Of a stretch of DNA of 61,210 nt, positions 27,708 through 36,625 are shown one piece after another (position 1 is the stretch's first letter; each line of letters opens with the position of its first letter). The stretch lies in NCBI GenBank assembly GCA_048938855.1, contig JBHLLT010000017.1, forward strand, positions 1 through 61,210, read 5' to 3'. The DNA comes from Promethearchaeota archaeon. Lineage in GTDB: Archaea > Asgardarchaeota > Lokiarchaeia > Sigyniarchaeales > SOKP01. Position numbers and translations under genes: made by a program. Under the pieces are notes generated by a model, which saw only the letters and a list, made by a program, of their open reading frames with translations, did not search any database and was not told where the DNA came from.

Positions 27708-29063
27708 CTAACTAAACAAGTCCATAAATGGTTCTAATTTAATTTTGATTTTTTCTATATTATCACCAATCTTATTAAATTTGATACTAATCGATGGTAA
27801 TCTAAGGTTATTTCTTATTTTATTTTTCAATAAATCATAACAATTTGAATCTAGATGGCAATTTACTAATTCATTAATAATAACTCCATCAACTCTAGAT
27901 TTCTTTATATATTTTTGGTACGTATTGATTAAAGCCTCACAATTATTTAAACAAGACAAACCTTTATTTGAAGCATTTAGAAGGAATTGGGCATACATTT
28001 CAACAGGATTAGAATCTTTAGAAACTGGAATTTCTTCTAATAAACCTAAAATATCCCAATCAGAATAGATTACTTTCCCTCCTAATTGATATACAATTTC
28101 TTGAACCTCAGGTTCCCATCCATTAAAAATTGGAGTCAATAATATTCTTGGCATATTGGATACATTCATTCCTATGCCTCTTTCAACTCGATCTCTTATT
28201 TCTTTTACTAATTGACTTAAATTTTCTAAATATCTCTGAGCATTGGAATTATAATCTTGAAAAGAGATCATTAATAAAGCTAAGATTTCTGAAAATGTGG
28301 CAGGATTACATGGATAGAAATCTGAAGTGCTTACATCATGGATAATGGATTTATAATATCTTTTTACTTGATTTCCTATTCGAAATTGTTTATTTAAACT
28401 ATTATCTGTTATTAAATTTCCCGTAATTCCTTCAATTTCTAAAATAGCTTTTTGAAGATTCTCTACCATACTTTCTAAGCGCTTTTCTTTAGAAATTTGA
28501 TCATTTGGGGGAATTTCTACCCAAATCTGATTTGGAATTTTGCTTCTTAAAGATTTAAGATATTGGCTATATTTATTACATCGTAGAGTAAAGTTTAGAC
28601 TACAATCGCAAACATTTGCTTCTGAAACATGCATCCCATAAATAGATGTAATACCAAAACAAAATTCTGGTGAGACATTCTTTTTAATTGCCTGGTCGTA
28701 TAATAAATTGTATTTTGAATTGATTGAATTAATTACATCATTTAGAACAGTATCAACTATTTTTAAAAAATCTACTTGCCTTGCTATTCCTAGTAATTTA
28801 GTTGTAATATTCCAACCGAATAAACTAGTTGCTGAATTTAAAGCTAACAAGTAAACATTAAGTTTAAATTTTTCCATGCGAATGGGAAAAACAGGAATAG
28901 AATCAGCAGCAAAAACTAAATCTGGGAATCCGGATGCTACAGATATTAATGTCTTTCTTTCCTTTGTTTTTTTTTTTTGTAGATATTCTCTACCAGTTAA
29001 GAAATTATATGCAATTTTTAAAACTGATGTAAAGTTTACGACATCATCAGCATAGATACTCAT
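27708..29063 (-). CDS. 2-hydroxyacyl-CoA dehydratase subunit (HgdA/FldB-like), orphan paralogue of 53420..54778
   Basis: MSIYADDVVNFTSVLKIAYNFLTGREYL matches the paralogue start. ATG 29063 has GGAGG upstream. Shared PCNPATFSEILALL and GMNVSNMPRIL. Confidence 0.8.
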   Translation of the reverse strand: MSIYADDVVNFTSVLKIAYNFLTGREYLQKKKTKERKTLISVASGFPDLVFAADSIPVFPIRMEKFKLNVYLLALNSATSLFGWNITTKLLGIARQVDFLKIVDTVLNDVINSINSKYNLLYDQAIKKNVSPEFCFGITSIYGMHVSEANVCDCSLNFTLRCNKYSQYLKSLRSKIPNQIWVEIPPNDQISKEKRLESMVENLQKAILEIEGITGNLITDNSLNKQFRIGNQVKRYYKSIIHDVSTSDFYPCNPATFSEILALLMISFQDYNSNAQRYLENLSQLVKEIRDRVERGIGMNVSNMPRILLTPIFNGWEPEVQEIVYQLGGKVIYSDWDILGLLEEIPVSKDSNPVEMYAQFLLNASNKGLSCLNNCEALINTYQKYIKKSRVDGVIINELVNCHLDSNCYDLLKNKIRNNLRLPSISIKFNKIGDNIEKIKIKLEPFMDLFS

Positions 29064-29314
29064 GATATTATAACCTCCATTTAAGCTTACCATATTTAAA
29101 GTATATATAGAAAATATAGGTTTCTATAAATTAAAAATTTAGAGCCGAATATATTTAAATGAAACTAATGTTTAAATATTTCTGATGCTATAATGCAGTA
29201 AAATATCATTTAAAATGATATCTTTTAAAATTATAAACTTTTTTATTAAATATAACGAAAGTTACGCGAAATTATCTAAAGAACTTATTTAATTCTTAAG
29301 ATATTTAAAAGAAG

Positions 29315-29797
29315 TTGAAATTTAGAATGAAAAAACGTAAAATAGAATGGAAGGAAAGTTTAATCAAAAGTCTTATTTATAGATCTTTAACCTTAGTTCT
29401 TGGGACTCTAACCGCATATATTTTTACTGGTAGTATAGCAGTTGCAACGGGTTTTGCACTTTTAACTGAAACTGTGCAAGCTGTTAATTATTTCATATAT
29501 GAATTAACTTGGAGTAATATTTCTAGAAGGAAATTTGAGAAAAAAATCCTTGATCAAATTAAAAAAAGAGAAATAGAATTAAAATTGGATTTTTCTTCTA
29601 TTAAAGAATTAGCATATCAATTATCTCAAATCGATACCTTCGTACCTAAATTGTATCTACAAACAAAAGGTATTTTCAATAGCATGTTGGAAAACAAAGA
29701 ATTAGAAGATATTCATGAAGACATTAAAAAGTATAAGGAGTCATTTGAAGCAGTTCATTCGGGAAGAAAACTATTTTTTCAAAAAGAAAAACAATAA
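29315..29797 (+). CDS. DUF2061-like membrane protein with soluble C-terminus
   Basis: ESLIKSLIYR...YIFTGS...YFIYELTW pattern. Confidence 0.7.
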   Translation: MKFRMKKRKIEWKESLIKSLIYRSLTLVLGTLTAYIFTGSIAVATGFALLTETVQAVNYFIYELTWSNISRRKFEKKILDQIKKREIELKLDFSSIKELAYQLSQIDTFVPKLYLQTKGIFNSMLENKELEDIHEDIKKYKESFEAVHSGRKLFFQKEKQ

Positions 29798-29971
29798 ATG
29801 ATTTTTTATAATTAATTCTTAATTAAAAATACGAGAATATACAATTGTAGGATTAAATTCAGTAGAAAGAAGGTTAACTAACCCTATAAACAATTTTATA
29901 TACAGCCTTAACAAACTATAATCTTCTATACTCCAGAACTTTACTTTAATCTCATGCTTGCTAAATATTTT

Positions 29972-30412
29972 TTAGTTAGATTTAATTGTAGCATCGTTCA
30001 AAATATTATTAATGGCATCTTCAATTACTTCTTCACTAATTTCCTCAACCTCATCATAAAACTCATCTTTTTCCTCTTCTTTAATGGTTTTATTTATTTC
30101 TGAGAAATTCTTATTATTTTCAAAAATTCCTGTTTCACCGCTAGATACAATCATATAGATAATAAATCCAATAAAACTTGTTAATATAATTAAAAGAAAC
30201 ACCCACTTTCCTTCTGAAAATCCTTTTTCCCTTTTTTTTTTAGCCCAGTATGCTAAAATTAATCCACAACTAAACCAAATAACAAGAGAGATTGCGACTA
30301 CCATAATTCCTGTTATAATTGATGCTCTGTTCTGTAGCATAAAAAACCCAACTTCTGCTGTATGCACTTGAAATATCTTATTACCCAGTGAAATTAATAT
30401 CATTTTCAACAC
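29972..30412 (-). CDS. Two-TM hypothetical protein with acidic tail
   Basis: Two hydrophobic segments (W.FLLIILTSFIGFIIY) followed by an E/D-rich C-terminus; start uncertain. Confidence 0.65.
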   Translation of the reverse strand: MLKMILISLGNKIFQVHTAEVGFFMLQNRASIITGIMVVAISLVIWFSCGLILAYWAKKKREKGFSEGKWVFLLIILTSFIGFIIYMIVSSGETGIFENNKNFSEINKTIKEEEKDEFYDEVEEISEEVIEDAINNILNDATIKSN

Positions 30413-30695
30413 AATAATTTGTTATTTTAAATTGAGAATTTTAATAATTTATCAAATAATTGCATATATATGCTCAACTCTAATAAAATAAAAGGACTTT
30501 AACTTTTTTTATTATCAAGATTTAACGTTGTTGATGAATAAGGTTATAATTCAGCAATTTTTAACTATAAAATAGAATACAAAATTGTTAAGCAAAAAAC
30601 ATTTCACTTTTTTCATCCAGAGTAATACATTCCACCTTGCTTAACTTTAGTTGATGGAATAGATTATAATTGCTTTATTAAATAGATTTAAATTT

Positions 30696-31811
30696 TTAAA
30701 TTCTATTTTGAAGGAATTTTAAGGATGTTAAAATATCATCTTCACCTATATAGCCAATAATCTTATTTTCATTAATATCTTTAACAATTATTAAATGCGG
30801 TCTCTCTCTCATTTGATTCAATTTCATTAATACATTCTTTCCTGTCTCATCTTGACTAAGTGTAGGGAATTGAGATACTTTTTTCATTAAATATCCAACT
30901 ATAATTTCATTCCTTTGGTTTACTGGAACTTTTTTTATATCTTCAAGATGTATAATTCCAACTACATTTCCTCCGTATATTACTGGGAAGTACACTTTTT
31001 TATATGGAATAAAATAACTTGTAATGGCTTCACTTACAGTTTTATTGAATGGTATTGCAACATCTGCAATTCTTACTAATTGTTTTGCACTTAGTTTTGA
31101 TAAAGTAAGTTCGTTAAAAGTTTGATAATATGCATGTCTAGACTGGTTATTTAAAAATGAAGCAATAATTATCAACCACAAGCCATTTAAAAATCCAAGA
31201 AAAAACATTGAGATAAATCCATAAGCCATTAATCCATATGCTATAAAACTTCCCACTTTGGATGCTGTTTTTGTAGCAGAAAGCAGATCGTGTCTTTTAT
31301 TCCACAATATTGCTCGGAGAGCTCTTCCACCATCCATAGGATATGCTGGAATTAAATTAAATAATCCTAACCCAATATTAGAAATTCCAGAATAGAAAAG
31401 AGTAACCTTGAGAAAAGGCGGAAGAGTTATTGGTACTAAATATAAAACACCTAAAAAAATGACACCAAGAAGTAAGCTAGATATTGGTCCAAAAATGGAA
31501 ATTATAAAATCACTTCTAGGAGTATTAGGTTCTTGTTCTATTTTTGAAACTCCACCAAAGAGATATAAATCAATTTCTGAAACTTTTAATCCATACTTTT
31601 GCGCAATTAAAGAATGAGTTAACTCATGAATTAAAATTGAAAATAGCATAATTAAACCATTAATTAAACCAACAATAATTAACTCAAAAATATTACTTCC
31701 TGGAACAAGAATGGCATAAAAATCAGCAGCATAAAAACCTACTAATCCAACAATAAGTAATGTGCTAATATGTAAAGAAATACTAATACCTTTTATCTTG
31801 CCAATTTTCAT
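30696..31811 (-). CDS. Site-2 protease (M50) with CBS domains
   Basis: HELTH, LFGGV, FNLIPAYPMDGGR, C-terminal CBS pair. Confidence 0.95.
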   Translation of the reverse strand: MKIGKIKGISISLHISTLLIVGLVGFYAADFYAILVPGSNIFELIIVGLINGLIMLFSILIHELTHSLIAQKYGLKVSEIDLYLFGGVSKIEQEPNTPRSDFIISIFGPISSLLLGVIFLGVLYLVPITLPPFLKVTLFYSGISNIGLGLFNLIPAYPMDGGRALRAILWNKRHDLLSATKTASKVGSFIAYGLMAYGFISMFFLGFLNGLWLIIIASFLNNQSRHAYYQTFNELTLSKLSAKQLVRIADVAIPFNKTVSEAITSYFIPYKKVYFPVIYGGNVVGIIHLEDIKKVPVNQRNEIIVGYLMKKVSQFPTLSQDETGKNVLMKLNQMRERPHLIIVKDINENKIIGYIGEDDILTSLKFLQNRI

Positions 31812-31923
31812 TTAAAATCACCACTCCAATAAAAACCAATTAATCTATAGTTAAGCAATTCTTGGAAATGTACTTTAATTTTTTCAATTATAATTTATTT
31901 ATTTACTCTTTAAAATATGGAAC

Positions 31924-32376
31924 TTATCTTACAATTAAAATATCACATAAAACACTATTTACTGCTCTATTTGGAACTGTTCCTAAAAGTTGCTTTAATT
32001 TCGAGTGGTGACCCCTACATCCTAATATTACCAAATCAAAGTTTTCTTCTTCTGTTATAATTTTAATATATTCTTCTGGAGGAACGTCTAATATCAGTCT
32101 TGTCTCAACATTTGTATCGTTTTTTTTAAACAATTTTTCAACATCTTCTAAAAGCTTTTTTCCAAGATTGATATAATCCTCATGAATCAATAATGACATT
32201 GAAGTGCTCGAGGATGCCGTGAGTGAAATACCAGGACTTATTTCAGATAAATGATGGATAACAGAGTGAAAAACTACAATTTCGCTATTCTCTTTTTTTC
32301 CAAATTCTAACGCTTTTTTAACAGCATCCAAAGCATCTTGAGATTCATCAATACCGACTAAAATCTTGCTATACAT
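31924..32376 (-). CDS. Universal stress protein
   Basis: MYSKILVGIDES, DLVILGCRG, LGTVPNRAV, CDILIVR. Confidence 0.95.
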   Translation of the reverse strand: MYSKILVGIDESQDALDAVKKALEFGKKENSEIVVFHSVIHHLSEISPGISLTASSSTSMSLLIHEDYINLGKKLLEDVEKLFKKNDTNVETRLILDVPPEEYIKIITEEENFDLVILGCRGHHSKLKQLLGTVPNRAVNSVLCDILIVR

Positions 32377-32591
32377 TTAAATTCACATTAATTAATGCTG
32401 TTAAAAATAAACTGGAAATTGATTATTTAAACTAATGTTCTAAAAATTATAAGAAATTGAAGATAAATCAGCTTAAAATGCAATTTGATTTAGATTTTGA
32501 TTTATCAAAACTTTTTTAATAATCATAAAGCAGATCTTAATTTTATTGATCTATTTGCCTTAAAAGTAAGATTTAATAAAAAACTAAATTT

Positions 32592-32615
32592 CTGATATGA
32601 AATTTCTTATATCAG
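32592..32615. promoter_or_regulatory. Palindrome in divergent promoter region
   Basis: ctgatat-gaaatttc-tt-atatcag. Confidence 0.35.
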
Positions 32616-32743
32616 TAAATATAATCCCATTTTATCATAAATTTTTTAATCTTTCTTAGATTTCATAATTATTCATAATAGAATAAAAAATATCAAGTAA
32701 TAATATAAATATAAAAAACAAAATCTCTGAAAAAAAGGATCAG

Positions 32744-34486
32744 ATGAATATAAGAAAAAAAAGAAACTGGAAACATCACTGGTTCTTGATAGCTTCAATA
32801 ATATTTTTTGCCGTTTCTACAAGTATTCTTTTTGCGTTTAGATCTGAAAGCTATTTAATTTATGAAAGGATTATGTTTAAATCATCAAAAGCAAACCTTT
32901 ATGCGAATCTTTATCATCCAACTAAAAAATTGGAATTTCAAACAAAATCTCCACTAGTTATATTTGCCCATGGATTAGGTAGTCAAAGAGATTTAGATCC
33001 AAGAGTCCCGATTGAGTTTACGAAAAGAGGTTTTTATGTTGCAAGCATAGATTATAGAGGAGATGGGGAAAGCGGGGGACGTCTTTTAGATATAAATTCA
33101 AATACCTATATGAACAGAACAAATATCCCTGCAATTGCTCAAGACTGTTCTAGGTTGTTAGATACATTATCAGATATGAAATTCTTTGCAAAGATAAATA
33201 CAACCCAAATTGGATTGATTGGACATTCATTGGGGGGTATGGTAGCTTTAATGAATGGTGCATTAGATGATAGGTTTAAAGTAACTGTTACTTGGGCAGG
33301 ACTAGTCAATTTTTCTGCTAGTTTCTTTGGGATTACTGAAGATCATCAATTTATGAAATATATCCCTGCAAGAATTATTAATGAAACCAATCCAAGTAAT
33401 TTGATGGTTATACAATCTATTTATGATACAATAGTACCTTTTGATGAAAATGCATTAGTTGCAAAAAATCTTACGAATTGTAAATTAATTGAGATCAAAA
33501 GTCATCTATTCGGAGGGCCTCATTATTTATTTTCAGATAAAGTAATTTCTGAAACAATAAAATGGTTTGAGCTAAAATTTTTTAATTCTGAGATAATAAA
33601 TGGGCCTATTAGATTATCCTATGTTTTAACTTACATCTTAATTGGCTTAAGTTTCATAGGACTATTTTTAACAACCTTAGCAATTATGAAATATTCATTT
33701 AAATATTTTTCAATCAAAGACTATTCTAAGATGGGTAAAAAAGTAAATGATCCTATTCTAAAAAATAAAAGGTCAAATACAAAAAATTATATCAAAGTTC
33801 TTTTATACTTTTCTGGTTTCCTAACTCTTTGGATAATAATGCTAAATTTTATAGGTATACTTGGGTTACTAATTACTCCAATTATTTTCCTTTTAATCTA
33901 CTTTTTCTACATTTTAATAAAATATATAATTACTGCTGAAATAAAAGGTGAAAGAATTAGAACTTATATAGAACTACGGTTGAAAGATGAGATCAAATCT
34001 CAGTTTCATAAAAATGTTATACTTTATTCAATACTTTCCTCTGCAGTTTTCTTATCATTATATATTAGCTTTTCACTTGCATATCCATTTGCATTTTTTT
34101 CTCCAGTAAATTTAATATCATATATCTTAACCTTTGAAATTTATCCTTTTTATCTAGCTATGGAATTATTTTATAGAAAAATTCTATATCCAAAACTAGA
34201 TTTCATGAAATCAGCACAAAACAAAACGATATTTATATCATTGTTGGAGATGATAAATATTTTTATTTTGTTCTACTTTTCTAGTCCATTATTTCTAATT
34301 AGTGCGATGCTTGTAACATACATGATATTTCTTGTCGTTATGGTAATGAATTCAATCATCTATGAAAGAACAAATAAATTTAGTTCCGTTATGATAAGTT
34401 CCTTTATAATTATACAAATATTTTTTGGTTCAGTTGTTTCAACAATCTTAGGATTTGGCTCAGTTGTTGGATTACTCCAAATTTAA
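32744..34486 (+). CDS. Membrane-anchored alpha/beta hydrolase with multi-TM C-terminal domain
   Basis: N-terminal TM, FAHGLG, DYRGDGES, GHSLGG, D.IVP, H catalytic candidates, then about seven TM segments. Confidence 0.85.
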   Translation: MNIRKKRNWKHHWFLIASIIFFAVSTSILFAFRSESYLIYERIMFKSSKANLYANLYHPTKKLEFQTKSPLVIFAHGLGSQRDLDPRVPIEFTKRGFYVASIDYRGDGESGGRLLDINSNTYMNRTNIPAIAQDCSRLLDTLSDMKFFAKINTTQIGLIGHSLGGMVALMNGALDDRFKVTVTWAGLVNFSASFFGITEDHQFMKYIPARIINETNPSNLMVIQSIYDTIVPFDENALVAKNLTNCKLIEIKSHLFGGPHYLFSDKVISETIKWFELKFFNSEIINGPIRLSYVLTYILIGLSFIGLFLTTLAIMKYSFKYFSIKDYSKMGKKVNDPILKNKRSNTKNYIKVLLYFSGFLTLWIIMLNFIGILGLLITPIIFLLIYFFYILIKYIITAEIKGERIRTYIELRLKDEIKSQFHKNVILYSILSSAVFLSLYISFSLAYPFAFFSPVNLISYILTFEIYPFYLAMELFYRKILYPKLDFMKSAQNKTIFISLLEMINIFILFYFSSPLFLISAMLVTYMIFLVVMVMNSIIYERTNKFSSVMISSFIIIQIFFGSVVSTILGFGSVVGLLQI

Positions 34487-35754
34487 ATAGATCTAATTAA
34501 ATTTTTAAAATTTTTATCAAGTGTTATTATAATTAATTGTGTTATCCTACAAGCTTCAAGCAGGATTTTAGGATCTACTCTTTCAGGAGTATCTTCTATA
34601 CTATGAGTATAATTAGCAGCAGCCCTAGTCGTAATATCAATGGAATCAAATTTTCTTAAATGGAAGGGAATTGAATCTGTATGAGCTCCAAGAGAAACAT
34701 GAAATCCCTTATAATTGATCTCCTCATCTTTAGCTATTTTTTTAAAATAATTACTTAATATTGGAGAAATTTTTTTTCTTGGAAATATACCATAGGATTT
34801 TATGTATTCTATTAGATTATCATTATGATTTTTAACTGAAATCATATCAAAGTTAATTTGATAAGTAGAATCTTTAGTAAATTTATCTCCATAGCTATCG
34901 AGAAATTCTCGAGAGCCCATTGTCCCCAATTCTTCTGCTGAAAATTGACAAAACCATAAATTAAAGTTATTTAGGGGATAATTTTTAAAAAACCTAGCCA
35001 ATTCAAATACAATTGACATACCACTAGCATTATCCAATGCACCTCTAGAATCGTTTCCAATTCTTAGAATTAGCAAAAGAAAATTAGAGACAATAGTCAA
35101 AATAGTAGCTAATAAAATAGCAATCTCTAAAACTAATTGAAAACTGTGTTCAGTTAAAATATGAACATCTATTAAATACAAGACGTAAAATGAAAATAAT
35201 GCAATTTCACTATATAGCCATGTTCTGGCTAATATAACTCTCCAAAAGGTATTAAAAGACTGTGATTTTGAATCTAAATGAGCAGAAACAATTAAATTTC
35301 CAACGTTACTAGATAATAAATTTTTAGCAGGTATTTTAACATAGACATTTGTTGCCTTGAAGAATTTCCCGAAATTTTTTTCCCAAAATCCTTTTAACTC
35401 GGGATATTTTAATGCTTTTAACATTGAAAAGAAAATTACGACTAAAAGTAAAATAGATGTGAATACTAGATACCTATTTAAATATTTTATAAGGAAAATA
35501 ATTGCTATGAAGATCAAATTCAATAGAATAATTATTTTAACCATAAATTTTGAATAAAATGTTGAGAATTCAAAATCTTGGGCTTTAATATCATCTTCTC
35601 TAAAACCAATCTCTCTGAAGGTTTTAATGGTAATATCAACTGCTTCTTTCTCTCCGGGTGTGCCAGCTAATCTAGGAAAACTAAATTTTTTTACATAATC
35701 ATACAATTTTTCCTTATTAAAAGGATATTCCTCTTGAGGTTCTTTAAAGGGCAA
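34483..35754 (-). CDS. M28 family metallopeptidase with TM insertions
   Basis: FPRLAGT, SAHLDSK, GALDNASG, AEELG, INFDMI, HTD, THSIEDT. Confidence 0.88.
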   Translation of the reverse strand: MPFKEPQEEYPFNKEKLYDYVKKFSFPRLAGTPGEKEAVDITIKTFREIGFREDDIKAQDFEFSTFYSKFMVKIIILLNLIFIAIIFLIKYLNRYLVFTSILLLVVIFFSMLKALKYPELKGFWEKNFGKFFKATNVYVKIPAKNLLSSNVGNLIVSAHLDSKSQSFNTFWRVILARTWLYSEIALFSFYVLYLIDVHILTEHSFQLVLEIAILLATILTIVSNFLLLILRIGNDSRGALDNASGMSIVFELARFFKNYPLNNFNLWFCQFSAEELGTMGSREFLDSYGDKFTKDSTYQINFDMISVKNHNDNLIEYIKSYGIFPRKKISPILSNYFKKIAKDEEINYKGFHVSLGAHTDSIPFHLRKFDSIDITTRAAANYTHSIEDTPERVDPKILLEACRITQLIIITLDKNFKNLIRSI

Positions 35755-36063
35755 GATATAACTTTTTTAGATCAAATATCTATTTTATTTATTTAATAAT
35801 TTATATTTTATAAAACCAAATCAAAGAAACATTGATAATTTTTCCTTTTAACCTAGCATAAATTTCCTGAGGAAATATGGATTTAATAAATATTTAACAA
35901 TCATGTTTATAGATTATTCAGATATGTAGATTATTGTATTCCTAAAAGACTTATTTAATTCAAATTTAAAATAATTTCTTACTTTTGTTTAGAATTTATA
36001 GACCAAATGTTTTTATATCGACTCAATAATTTGAATTGTAGACATTTAAATAGGTGATATATA

Positions 36064-36537
36064 ATTTATTCAAAAATTTTAATTGGTATTGATGGATCAG
36101 AACATTCTTACAAAGCTATAATGAAAGCCATAGAACTCCAAAAAGCAATTAAAAGTAAAGTGATTCTTTTTCATTCGGTAGAACATCATGCTGAGCCCAG
36201 TGGTATGTATATGGCTCCATCATATGGGGTTCCTCATGTCTACAGTATTTCAAGTCCAGATCTTCAAAGAATAAAAGAAGTATATGAAAAAAATGCTCAA
36301 GCTATAATAGATAGAGCTGAAGAAATCTTCATGGAACAAGGATTAGAAGTAGAAACTCGACTAGTCTATGCCCATGATCCTGTTTCGTACATTAAAAAGA
36401 TGGTAGAAAAGGAAGATATTGATCTCGTCATACTTGGAAGTAAGGGTAATCATTCTCTCTTTGAAGAAATATTGCTTGGTTCAATTGCAGATAAAGTTTT
36501 AAGACACATTACATGCGACGTTTTAATAATTAGATAA
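36064..36537 (+). CDS. Universal stress protein, probable ATT (or ATA 36061) start
   Basis: The frame upstream of ATG 36121 reads IYSKILIGIDGSEHSYKAI (USP beta-1), with an in-frame TGA at 36055 and GGTGA at 36053-36057. Also DLVILGSKG and LLGSIADKV. Confidence 0.9.
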   Translation: MYSKILIGIDGSEHSYKAIMKAIELQKAIKSKVILFHSVEHHAEPSGMYMAPSYGVPHVYSISSPDLQRIKEVYEKNAQAIIDRAEEIFMEQGLEVETRLVYAHDPVSYIKKMVEKEDIDLVILGSKGNHSLFEEILLGSIADKVLRHITCDVLIIR

Positions 36538-36625
36538 TAAATATTAAAATTTTTTTATTTATTACCTTATAAAAAAAAAACTAATAGTTAGAAAGAAATT
36601 TAAAAAAAAATTAAATTTTATAATT

